From Oscillospiraceae bacterium (GTDB lineage: Bacteria; Bacillota; Clostridia; Oscillospirales; CAG-382), in the NCBI GenBank assembly GCA_015063785.1, contig SVTM01000008.1, positions 12,406 through 76,405 of the forward strand: a stretch of 64,000 nucleotides of DNA, written 5' to 3'. The translations under genes were made by a program, and so were the position numbers. Shown piece after piece: positions 9,224 through 17,192 of the stretch. Positions within the stretch are counted from its first letter, which is position 1. Each line of letters starts with the position of its first letter. Below the pieces are notes generated by a model that saw nothing but the letters and a program-made list of their open reading frames with translations, ran no database searches and had not been told where the DNA came from.

Positions 9224-10405
9224 ATGAAAAAACTCTTTTCCGCCATACTCGCCGCGGCTATCCTTGTCGCCGCTTTAGCTTCGTGCTCGCATGATAAGTC
9301 AAAGGAAAACAATGGTGAGCAAGATATCGAGAGTGAAAACATTGAAAGCACAGGTGGGACCACAGACAACAAAGACATAATTCTTCCGAAAACTTACACA
9401 GAAGAAGAAACCCTTCATATCGACCTTTCAAAAGACATAAAAGAGCAGCTTGAACGCAAAGCCGATGTAAAATGCATCGTTATCTCAAGCGGTGCAGAGT
9501 CTATTCCCGACAACGCCTTTGCAGAATGTAAAGGCATCGAAAAGGTTGTTATTCCATCAGGAATAACGCAGATCGGTGTCAACGCATTTACGGGATGCTC
9601 GGCACTTTGCGAGGTGATTTTTCCCGACACTCTGACCTTCATCGGGGCAGGGGCTTTTTGCGGTTGTACGGCTCTTTCCGAGATCGCGCTTCCAGACAGC
9701 GTAACAACAATCAGGGACTACGCTTTTTCGGCATGCACCGCCCTTGAAAAAGCCGAAATTCCAGAAAGTGTCAAAGAGATTGAAACCAATGCTTTTTCGC
9801 ACTGCACAAATCTTTCGGACGTTTTGATCCACAAAGGAGTAGAAAGCATCGGTTCAAACGCGTTTTTCGGCTGCACTTCTCTTGAAAGCATCTCAATCCC
9901 CGACAGTGTAACGCAGATTGGTGCAGGAAGTTTTCGCGGATGCTCGGCACTTTCCGAAATCTTTATTCCGCACAGCGTAACAAAGATTTACACCGGTGCT
10001 TTTTCGGATTGCCGGTCGCTTGAAAAAATCGACGTGGATGAAAACAACGGCATTTACTCTGCAGAGGACGGCGTGCTTTTCAACAAATACAAAACCATGC
10101 TCGTCGCGTACCCGGCAGGCAAAAGCGATATGGCATATACAATCCCTGAGAGTGTGACTTTTATCGGCAATGAAGCGTTTTTTGCAAACACCCACGTTGC
10201 CGAGATAGTCATTCCCGAAAGCGTGACCGCCATAGACTGGTGGGCTTTTTCGGGATGCACATCCCTTGCAAAAATTGCCGTTCCCTCAAATGTTACAGCT
10301 ATTGGCACATACGCCTTTGAAAACTGTACGTCACTTTCGGAAGTGACGTGGGGCGACAAGATCTGTACGATCAACGAATATGGAACCCTCAAAGAAAAAC
10401 AATAA
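9224..10405 (+). CDS. BspA-type leucine-rich-repeat surface lipoprotein
   Basis: ATG 9224 gives the lipoprotein signal MKKLFSAILAAAILVAALASC. It is followed by ~12 repeats of the pattern IP(D/E)SVT.IG..AF..C.SL, typical of BspA/LRR_5 repeats. Confidence 0.8.
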   Translation: MKKLFSAILAAAILVAALASCSHDKSKENNGEQDIESENIESTGGTTDNKDIILPKTYTEEETLHIDLSKDIKEQLERKADVKCIVISSGAESIPDNAFAECKGIEKVVIPSGITQIGVNAFTGCSALCEVIFPDTLTFIGAGAFCGCTALSEIALPDSVTTIRDYAFSACTALEKAEIPESVKEIETNAFSHCTNLSDVLIHKGVESIGSNAFFGCTSLESISIPDSVTQIGAGSFRGCSALSEIFIPHSVTKIYTGAFSDCRSLEKIDVDENNGIYSAEDGVLFNKYKTMLVAYPAGKSDMAYTIPESVTFIGNEAFFANTHVAEIVIPESVTAIDWWAFSGCTSLAKIAVPSNVTAIGTYAFENCTSLSEVTWGDKICTINEYGTLKEKQ

Positions 10406-10408
10406 GAC

Positions 10409-10440
10409 AAAAGCTTCCTGTTTTGGCAGGAAGCTTTTTT
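10409..10440. terminator. rho-independent terminator, copy 2 of the exact 32-bp repeat (bidirectional position)
   Basis: Identical 32 nt, AAAAGCTTCCTGTTTTGGCAGGAAGCTTTTTT, after the LRR gene stop and facing the convergent DUF1893 gene. Confidence 0.8.
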
Positions 10441-10450
10441 TATGACGGAA

Positions 10451-10891
10451 TTATTTGTTACCCGAAAGCTCTTTCAGTTTTTCCTTTATCGCCTCAAGGG
10501 CGGCTTGGGGTTCATTTATATTCTCGACCGCCGTTTCCATCGGACAAAAGCCTGTGTTCGTGCGATTGCGGATGGCAGGAACGAGGGTGGAAAAGCTGAT
10601 TTCAACGCCGTATTTTCTGAAAACCTCCAGCGCTTTTTGGCTGATAACATCGGCGTAAACCCACTTTATTCCGAGAAGCACGTAAAGAAACGCCGCCGCC
10701 TTGCCGATGACCTTGTCTGCGGCACAAAGATCTTTCGTGTCTATCCCCTCGTCAAGATACGAAAGAAGGGGTTTCACTCCCCTCTCGCGGCTTTTATACA
10801 CACGGTTCCCATCGGTAAAACAGCAAGTAAGCTCCTCTGCTATGAGGAGCTCTTTTGCTTTTTCAAGATTCTTATTCATGCTTTGCAGCAA
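10451..10891 (-). CDS. DUF1893 (TM1506-like) domain protein
   Basis: 146 aa. The blocks RGVKPLL..L, DKVIGKAAAFL and FCPMET match my memory of the DUF1893 family. Its start overlaps the upstream S-component gene by 20 nt. Confidence 0.55.
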   Translation of the reverse strand: MLQSMNKNLEKAKELLIAEELTCCFTDGNRVYKSRERGVKPLLSYLDEGIDTKDLCAADKVIGKAAAFLYVLLGIKWVYADVISQKALEVFRKYGVEISFSTLVPAIRNRTNTGFCPMETAVENINEPQAALEAIKEKLKELSGNK

Positions 10892-11435
10892 TACTTTCGA
10901 CGAAAAAGAGGGTGAGGGGAATCATTGTCCACTGAAGAGCAAGGCCGAAAAGACCTGTCTTTACGCTGTATACGACAGACATGGGCGCAATCTTTGTGGC
11001 GTCGAAAAGGTAGAAAGCAACAGCAAGAGCGGCAAGTCTTACAACTCTGCCTGCAAGCTGAGCGACGAGAACTTTTGCAACAGAGGGCATTCTTACACCC
11101 GAAACAAGACCTGCAAAAAGACCGTAGGCGCAAAGCTCGAGCATCATAAAGGGAAGGTTTGCGATAAAAGGCATTCCCGTAAGAGCGAAGCTTGCAAGAG
11201 GCGAAAGCACGCCTGATACTGCGCCTGCCGCAGGACCTGCAAAAAGTCCGACAAGGATCACCGGCAGATGCATGGGAAGGAATATCTCACCAAGAGAAGT
11301 GCCGAGTCCCGATGCCGCACCGAGAATGTGGAATATCTGAGGAATAACCACCGCGCACACAACAGAAATAAGTGTGGCAATAGTTTTGGTTTTTAACGAA
11401 AGAGTTTTTTTGTTTTGTAAGACCTTTGTAGACAT
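10872..11435 (-). CDS. ECF-transporter S-component-like membrane protein
   Basis: 187 aa with 5-6 TM helices rich in small residues (LPMHLPVILVGLFAGPAAGAVSGVLSPL). The size and pattern are typical of ECF substrate-capture subunits. No EcfA/EcfT genes are nearby. Confidence 0.5.
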   Translation of the reverse strand: MSTKVLQNKKTLSLKTKTIATLISVVCAVVIPQIFHILGAASGLGTSLGEIFLPMHLPVILVGLFAGPAAGAVSGVLSPLASFALTGMPFIANLPFMMLELCAYGLFAGLVSGVRMPSVAKVLVAQLAGRVVRLAALAVAFYLFDATKIAPMSVVYSVKTGLFGLALQWTMIPLTLFFVESIAAKHE

Positions 11436-11524
11436 AAGATCTGCTCCTTTCGGAAATAGATTTTTATGATTTCATTTTAACACCAATGTGTGAATATTTC
11501 CACACATTTTAACGGTTATATGTA

Positions 11525-12517
11525 TTATTTTCTCGGAAAATTGTTTACCCTTGTTCTGTATTCTGTCGGAGTCTCGCCCGAAAGCTTGGTGAATATGCGC
11601 GAAAAATAGTGCTGATCGTCAAATCCCAGATCCGAGCTTACCGTTTTTATCGAAAGTTCGGGGGAATTGAGAAAGATTTCTTTGGCTCGGTTTATCTTGA
11701 ATTCTGTGATATATCTGTTGGGAGTGGTGGAAAACTCGCTTTTAAAATATCTTGTCAGCTGGGACTGGGACATATTGCAATAAGCACACAGATCCTCGAC
11801 GGTTATCTTTTTTGAATAGTTCTGTTTTATATACCACACGGCTTTTTTCAGATGGTGAGTGACCTCAACGATCTGGGTGTCGGCGTCGGCAGAACTAAGC
11901 TTTTCGCTGACCGATGTCGAAAGAAGTGCCAAAATCTCACAAAGATAGACGGCTATATAAAGATAGTTGTCTGCCTTATAATTCTTAAGCAGCTTTTCTA
12001 TCTTTGAACAAACCTCGAGCACCTTGTCCTTTTCAAAGTCGGAGTGTGCCATAAGATATATATCCGTCATTTCGGAAACAAAAAGATTGTTTGAATTGAG
12101 AAGCGATTCCTCAAGGCTTCTTTTTTTAAGAACTATCTGTTGGGCAGCATCCGCGAAGCTTTTTTCCTCCACCTTGTGCGCCGTGGAAAAGTGCACATAC
12201 AAAAGCTTGCACATGCTGTCGTCCACAGAGGTTCTCGTATAGCTCTGCTCGGCAGGTATAAAAATGCTGTCCCCTTTTGAAAGCACATACTCTTTGCCGT
12301 CGGTGGCAATATTGCAGCTACCTTCAAGGCTGACCATGAGGATATTGTAAGGATCCGCTGCCTTCCAGGTGTTGTTTCTGACGACGATATAGGAATTTTC
12401 TATTTTTGGCAAAGCGGAAATATCAAAGCAAAAAACCAACAAAATCCCCCTTTCTTTTATTCGCATGACGGTTTTGTCCACAAAAACGCATATTATGTCT
12501 ATGTACAAGTTTAACAC
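11525..12517 (-). CDS. AraC family transcriptional regulator
   Basis: The C-terminal HTH region VEDLCAYCNMSQSQLTRYFK...LGFDDQHYFSRIFTKLSGETPTEYR is AraC/XylS-like, with a cupin-like N-terminal half. The start is ambiguous (GTG 12517 or ATG 12466). Confidence 0.8.
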   Translation of the reverse strand: MLNLYIDIICVFVDKTVMRIKERGILLVFCFDISALPKIENSYIVVRNNTWKAADPYNILMVSLEGSCNIATDGKEYVLSKGDSIFIPAEQSYTRTSVDDSMCKLLYVHFSTAHKVEEKSFADAAQQIVLKKRSLEESLLNSNNLFVSEMTDIYLMAHSDFEKDKVLEVCSKIEKLLKNYKADNYLYIAVYLCEILALLSTSVSEKLSSADADTQIVEVTHHLKKAVWYIKQNYSKKITVEDLCAYCNMSQSQLTRYFKSEFSTTPNRYITEFKINRAKEIFLNSPELSIKTVSSDLGFDDQHYFSRIFTKLSGETPTEYRTRVNNFPRK

Positions 12518-12568
12518 ATTTTTTTATAATTGTAAATAACAACAATAAATTTTTCGGAGGATTTTTTT

Positions 12569-13660
12569 ATGCAGAAGAAATGGAAAGTAGCCGTTATCGG
12601 CAGTGGAACCTTTGCAAACTGGCAGTATTTTCCAAACGTAACAAAAGAAGCAAACGCAGAAATCGTTGCGGCTGTTGACATCATTCCCGAGCGCGCCATC
12701 GAGGCTTGCGAAAAATACGGCATTCCCAACTGGTACGAAAACGTGTATGATCTTATCGAAAAATGCGATTTTGACATTGCCATCGACGCCGCCTCCATCC
12801 AGGCACATCACGAGATCAACATGGCTGTTCTTTCGGCAGGCAAGCACCTCATCACCCAGAAGCCTGCGGCACCCACCGTTGAACAACTGACAGAACAGAT
12901 CGAGCTTGCAAAGAAAATGAACGTAAAATTCGTCTGCGTGCCCATCCACCCCATGCGCTATGACCTTAACTTTGCAAAGCAGATGATAAAAGACGGCACA
13001 ATAGGCGAGCCCTACTATGCAAAGTGCAACCTTTCCCACGGCGGCCCCGAATATTTCCAGTATCGTGATTCCGACCCCTCGTGGTTTTTTGATCCCGGAG
13101 CAGGAGCTCTTGTTGACATGGGCGTTCACGGTCTTCAGATCGTAACCTCCATTTTTGGTCCTGCCAAGGCTTTTGCCTGCATGGCAAAAGTAACCACCCC
13201 CGTAAGAGAAGTCCGCTCCGGCAGCTTTGACGGCAAAAAGATCAAGACCGACAAGATCCCCGACCACTATGTTATCACCCTTGACTATGGCGAAGGCAAG
13301 ATGGCTATGGTCGAAACAGGTTTTTCGGAAAAGGCATCCCGTTCGCCCCAGCTCGAGATTTTTGGTGAGCGCGGAACCATCTCTTTCACAAAACCCTATA
13401 TGACAAACCCCGCACCCGAAGTTTATATCGACTGTCCCGAAAAGGGCATCCGCGGTTGGATGAATCCCGACGAATGGGTTGCTCCTCCCAAAAAGCTTAT
13501 CAGTCAGTGCTGCTGTCTTGCTGACATCATTGATGCTATTGAAAACGACAAAACGCCTGTCCTCTGCCCCGAACACGCAAGACACGTGCTTGAGATCATG
13601 ACAAAGATCCCCCAGGCGATCGAAAGCGGATGCACCGTAAAGCTTGAAACAACTTTCTGA
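12569..13660 (+). CDS. Gfo/Idh/MocA family NAD(P)-dependent oxidoreductase (1 of 3)
   Basis: N-terminal Rossmann motif KVAVIGSGTFA and an EKP-type block (LITQKP), as in Gfo/Idh/MocA enzymes. GGAGG RBS. Confidence 0.85.
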   Translation: MQKKWKVAVIGSGTFANWQYFPNVTKEANAEIVAAVDIIPERAIEACEKYGIPNWYENVYDLIEKCDFDIAIDAASIQAHHEINMAVLSAGKHLITQKPAAPTVEQLTEQIELAKKMNVKFVCVPIHPMRYDLNFAKQMIKDGTIGEPYYAKCNLSHGGPEYFQYRDSDPSWFFDPGAGALVDMGVHGLQIVTSIFGPAKAFACMAKVTTPVREVRSGSFDGKKIKTDKIPDHYVITLDYGEGKMAMVETGFSEKASRSPQLEIFGERGTISFTKPYMTNPAPEVYIDCPEKGIRGWMNPDEWVAPPKKLISQCCCLADIIDAIENDKTPVLCPEHARHVLEIMTKIPQAIESGCTVKLETTF

Positions 13661-13665
13661 GGTAA

Positions 13666-14760
13666 ATGAAAATGAAAAAATACCGTGTTGCCTATATCGG
13701 CATGGGACACATACATCTCATAAACCTTTCGCACGATTTTTCCCGTCATCCCGACATGTACGAGCTGGTGGGCGTTGCCGAGATCCCATCGCAAATGCAC
13801 AACCGCGAAATGCACACAAAGCTGAATAAGCCCACAGACGTCGAGCTTGAAATTTGGGACGACTACAAAGAGCTTCTTGCAGCAGACATCGACATCGCCG
13901 TCATCTGCACCGACATCAAGGATCACGTTGAGATCGCCGAAGAAACCCTTGGCATGAACATCCACACCGTCATCGAAAAGCCGATGGCGTGCAATATGGC
14001 AGATGCAAAAAGAATCTACAAGGCATACAAGAACAGCACCGCAGAGCTTATTGTAAACTGGCCCATCGCCTGGTTTCCTGCCTACAACAAGGTTAAGGAG
14101 CTTGCAGATTCGGGCATCGTGGGAGACATTCTGCGCGTGCAGTACAGAAGCCCCTGCACCATCGGACCTTACAAGTTTTCCGAGCATCCCATCGAAGAGC
14201 TTGAAAAGCTTTGGTGGTACAAGCATGACCGCGGCGGCGGATCGATTTGTGACTATGCCGGCTACGGCTGTGTGCTGACCACATGGATCACGGGAAAGAC
14301 CGCAAAAAGAGTTTCCGGAATGAAGAAAAACTTCACCATGAAAGCTTTCCCCGACATCGAGGACTATTCGGTGTTCTCAATTGATTTCGGCGACAGTGTG
14401 GGACTTATCGAAGGCTCGTGGTCAACCATGAGCAACGGCGAGATCAAGACAGGCCCCATCGTTTACGGCTCGAAGGGTGTTATCGTTGCAGACAGATTTG
14501 ACCCCGAAGTAAAAGTCTACACCGACATCATCCCCTACGTTCCCTCTCCCCCTGCAAATCAGGTTTTCCCCACAGGCGGTCCTCTTGAAATAAAGGACGA
14601 CGCGGCGGCCAACCTTTACAACCACCTGGAAAACGGCACGCCTATAAACGAGATGATAAGCGCCGATTTCAACATGAAAGTCATGGCGGCGTTTGATGCA
14701 GGCATCCGCTCTTGTGAAAGCGGCATGATCGAAAACATAATCGAACCCTTTGAAGATTGA
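13666..14760 (+). CDS. Gfo/Idh/MocA family oxidoreductase (2 of 3)
   Basis: Contains RVAYIGMGHIH and VIEKPMA motifs. It starts 5 nt after the previous stop, with a GAGG RBS. Confidence 0.85.
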   Translation: MKMKKYRVAYIGMGHIHLINLSHDFSRHPDMYELVGVAEIPSQMHNREMHTKLNKPTDVELEIWDDYKELLAADIDIAVICTDIKDHVEIAEETLGMNIHTVIEKPMACNMADAKRIYKAYKNSTAELIVNWPIAWFPAYNKVKELADSGIVGDILRVQYRSPCTIGPYKFSEHPIEELEKLWWYKHDRGGGSICDYAGYGCVLTTWITGKTAKRVSGMKKNFTMKAFPDIEDYSVFSIDFGDSVGLIEGSWSTMSNGEIKTGPIVYGSKGVIVADRFDPEVKVYTDIIPYVPSPPANQVFPTGGPLEIKDDAAANLYNHLENGTPINEMISADFNMKVMAAFDAGIRSCESGMIENIIEPFED

Positions 14761-14774
14761 AAGGAGAAGAAAAA

Positions 14775-15887
14775 ATGAGTAAATTAAGAGTTGCGGTCAT
14801 CGGCACAGGCATGATCGCCAACAGCGCACATTTTCCTGCCCTCAACATTCTGAGAGAAGAAGGACTGGTAGACGTTGTTGCAGTTGCCGACATCCGCGAG
14901 GAAGTTGCGGCAGAAACAGCAAAAAGACACGCAGTTCCCAACTATTACAAAGATCCCCAAAAGATGCTTGACGAGCAGAAGCCCGATTTTGTTGCTGTCT
15001 GCACTCCCAACGTTCACCACAAGGAATGGACGATCAAAGCTTTGCAGGCAGGCGCACACGTTGCCTGTGAAAAACCGATGGGCCTTTCTGTTGCCGACGT
15101 CAAGGAAATGTGGCAGACCGCACGCGATTGCGGCAAAATGCTTTTCCCCTGTCAGTGCATGAGATGGAGAAACTATATGCAGCGCTCGAAGGAGCTTGTT
15201 GATTCGGGCGAGCTTGGCGACATATACTTCTCTGACATCGAATTTATCAGAAGAATCGGCATTCCCACCTGGGGCATGTTCCATATGAAAGAGCACAACT
15301 TTGGCGGTCCTTTCTGCGATCTCGGCGTTCATCTCATCGACTCTCTGCTTTGGATCGTTGGCGACAAAAAGGTCGAGACCGTTTCGGGCAGCACCTTCAC
15401 AAAGATTGCAAACCAAGGCGAAGACATTCTTCTGAGCCTTGCCGAAAGCGGCGCATACAGCGGAGCTTTCACTCCCCGTCCCTATGATTACCGCGAATTT
15501 AACGTTGAAGAATTCGCCACAGGCTTTATGCGTCTTGAAGGCGGCATGAGCGTAAACTTCAAATTCTCGTGGGCAATCAATCTTCCCACCACCAACCTTA
15601 ATATGGTTATCTGCGGCGACAAGGGCGGACTTTCTGTGAACAAAGAAAAGCTTTACAAAAACGTTGGCAGATTCCAGAGCGAAAGCGAGCTTAAATGGTT
15701 TGACAACGGCGCATACAAGGGCGTTCCCTTTGAGCAGCACAGATATATGTACCGCAACATCATCAACACTCTCGCAGGCAAGGAAGAATTCCTTATCAAA
15801 GAGCATCAGAACATCGAAGTTACAAAGGCGATCGAAGCTTTCTACAAATCTGCAGAGCTTCACCGCGAAGTAAGCCTTGTCGACTGA
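14775..15887 (+). CDS. Gfo/Idh/MocA family oxidoreductase (3 of 3)
   Basis: Contains RVAVIGTGMIANSAH and VACEKPMG motifs. AAGGAG RBS before ATG 14775 (the track start 14757 is TTG). Confidence 0.85.
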   Translation: MSKLRVAVIGTGMIANSAHFPALNILREEGLVDVVAVADIREEVAAETAKRHAVPNYYKDPQKMLDEQKPDFVAVCTPNVHHKEWTIKALQAGAHVACEKPMGLSVADVKEMWQTARDCGKMLFPCQCMRWRNYMQRSKELVDSGELGDIYFSDIEFIRRIGIPTWGMFHMKEHNFGGPFCDLGVHLIDSLLWIVGDKKVETVSGSTFTKIANQGEDILLSLAESGAYSGAFTPRPYDYREFNVEEFATGFMRLEGGMSVNFKFSWAINLPTTNLNMVICGDKGGLSVNKEKLYKNVGRFQSESELKWFDNGAYKGVPFEQHRYMYRNIINTLAGKEEFLIKEHQNIEVTKAIEAFYKSAELHREVSLVD

Positions 15888-15899
15888 CGGCATGATTTC

Positions 15900-15928
15900 G
15901 GCTCCCCTTTTTTGGGGAGCCTTTTTTC
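15900..15928 (+). terminator. rho-independent terminator after the Gfo/Idh/MocA triplet
   Basis: GGCTCCCC-tttttt-GGGGAGCC followed by TTTTTT. Confidence 0.85.
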
Positions 15929-16056
15929 TGCCGTTTCAAAGCGGAATATAAAAACACCAAGATTTCTAAAAAAATTCATAAGATATATATATAAATCAGT
16001 TCTGTTTTGTGATAGACTTTAGATAAAGACTTTTGCACGAAAAGGAGATTTTGAAA

Positions 16057-16734
16057 ATGAAAATCACATGGCTCGGACAGGCAGGTCTTATGTTTGAAAC
16101 CGACGGCAAGATCATTATGGTCGACCCGTATCTTTCTGACAGTGTGAAAAAGATCGAACCGCAAAATTATCGCAGAGTGCCTGTTGATGAAAGTTTTTTG
16201 AAAATCAAGCCCGATATAATAATACTGACCCACAATCATCTTGACCACACAGATCCCGAAACACTTAAGCACTATCTTGAAAACAAGAGCGGTGTTCTGG
16301 TGCTTGCCTCGGGCAATGCGTGGCAGAACGTAAGAAAGCTTTTTCCCTTTGGCCACAACTACGTACAGTTTAACGAGGGCACAAGCTGGACAGAAGGAAA
16401 TGTGAAATTTTCTGCCATCCACGCCGAGCATTCGGACGACCGCGCCATAGGCGTTGTCATTGAAGCCGAAGGCAAAAAATATTACGTCACAGGCGACACC
16501 CTTTACAACGCGAAGATCTTCGATCAGCTCCCCTGCGGCATAGATGCCGTTTTTGTCCCCGTAAACGGTGTGGGCAACAACATGAATTTTGCCGACGGAT
16601 GCGCTTTTTGCGAAAAAATCGGCGCCGTTGCCGTGCCCATGCACTGCGGACTTTTTGACAGCAAAAAGCTTTCAGATTTCCCTTACAAAAACAAAGTCGT
16701 TCCGCAGTTTTTTAAAGAGATCGTTCTTTCGTGA
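16057..16734 (+). CDS. MBL-fold metallo-hydrolase
   Basis: Metallo-beta-lactamase H-x-H-x-D-H motif (THNHLDHTD). AAGGAG RBS before ATG 16057. Confidence 0.75.
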   Translation: MKITWLGQAGLMFETDGKIIMVDPYLSDSVKKIEPQNYRRVPVDESFLKIKPDIIILTHNHLDHTDPETLKHYLENKSGVLVLASGNAWQNVRKLFPFGHNYVQFNEGTSWTEGNVKFSAIHAEHSDDRAIGVVIEAEGKKYYVTGDTLYNAKIFDQLPCGIDAVFVPVNGVGNNMNFADGCAFCEKIGAVAVPMHCGLFDSKKLSDFPYKNKVVPQFFKEIVLS

Positions 16735-16750
16735 CCGATAAGGCAAAAAA

Positions 16751-16780
16751 AGATCAGACCGCACGGTCTGATCTTTTTTG
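16751..16780. terminator. bidirectional terminator (MBL hydrolase / lipoprotein convergent)
   Basis: AGATCAGACCG..CGGTCTGATCT, flanked by A7 and T6 runs. Confidence 0.75.
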
Positions 16781-16790
16781 TTGCCATTTT

Positions 16791-17183
16791 TCAGCCGAGT
16801 CCCACAAGAAGCGCCTGATCGGGCGAAAAATAATCGTCAAGGTTCGAGCTAAATCCTGCCGCTTTCCATGCGCGGTCAAAGGGGATATCCTCGATATTGG
16901 AAAGAAAAACGAAGGTGCTGTCACGCACGGCGGCGTGCATTCTGCCGGTTATGACAAGGCGGTATTTATATATTTCTCCGCTTTCGGTCTTGTAGGTTCC
17001 GTCGCTCATTTCATAATACTTGGCGGTGTTGACGATCTCGCCATTGTCAAAGGCAGACTCTACCATAGAAGACTCGGTGATCTCGTAGGTTTTTACAATA
17101 CTTATTTCCTTTTTTGCACATCCGAAAAGAAGAAGCGACAAAAGGGCAAGCATCAAAGCAAGTTTTTTCATTCTTTTTTTCAT
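16791..17183 (-). CDS. small lipoprotein, function unknown
   Basis: Signal peptide with lipobox (LLSLLLFGC). ATGA overlap with the upstream membrane-protein gene. Last gene of the blaI-like operon. Confidence 0.6.
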   Translation of the reverse strand: MKKRMKKLALMLALLSLLLFGCAKKEISIVKTYEITESSMVESAFDNGEIVNTAKYYEMSDGTYKTESGEIYKYRLVITGRMHAAVRDSTFVFLSNIEDIPFDRAWKAAGFSSNLDDYFSPDQALLVGLG

Positions 17184-17192
17184 TCTTTTTTT
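17169..17192 (-). repeat. perfect tandem duplication of a 12-nt unit containing A7 tracts and an ATG
   Basis: The plus strand reads CATTCTTTTTTT twice. The minus strand reads GGAGG-AAAAAAAGAATG-AAAAAAAGAATG-AAAAAA, giving the MKKRMKK start of the lipoprotein gene. Confidence 0.9.

Noticed and set aside
9105-10440. Whether the two identical 32-bp sequences could be CRISPR repeats or the ends of a mobile element.
   Set aside because: There are only two copies, 1.3 kb apart, and each is a self-complementary hairpin with a T-run placed exactly at a gene end. No cas, transposase or integrase genes are present, and no target-site duplication is visible. I kept it as a terminator-duplication finding instead.
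11436-11524. Possible TPP or other vitamin riboswitch in front of the ECF S-component gene, and the hairpin AATGTGTG/CACACATT.
   Set aside because: The leader is too short (~90 nt) and lacks conserved riboswitch cores. The hairpin is more simply the weak terminator of the upstream AraC gene, overlapping a TGGAAA-17-TGnTAAAAT promoter.
12524-15893. Very long antisense ORFs opposite many genes: 12524..13585 and 14784..15893 here, and also 5269..6027, 24859..26205, 29129..30448, 40453..41358, 41602..42375 and 42825..43751.
   Set aside because: The pattern is systematic across the window and always mirrors a gene with clear homology-like motifs. It is best explained by codon usage that avoids TTA, CTA and TCA in the sense frame, which removes stops from one antisense frame. 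I did not compute codon frequencies. The translations look non-protein-like (Cys/Arg/His rich).
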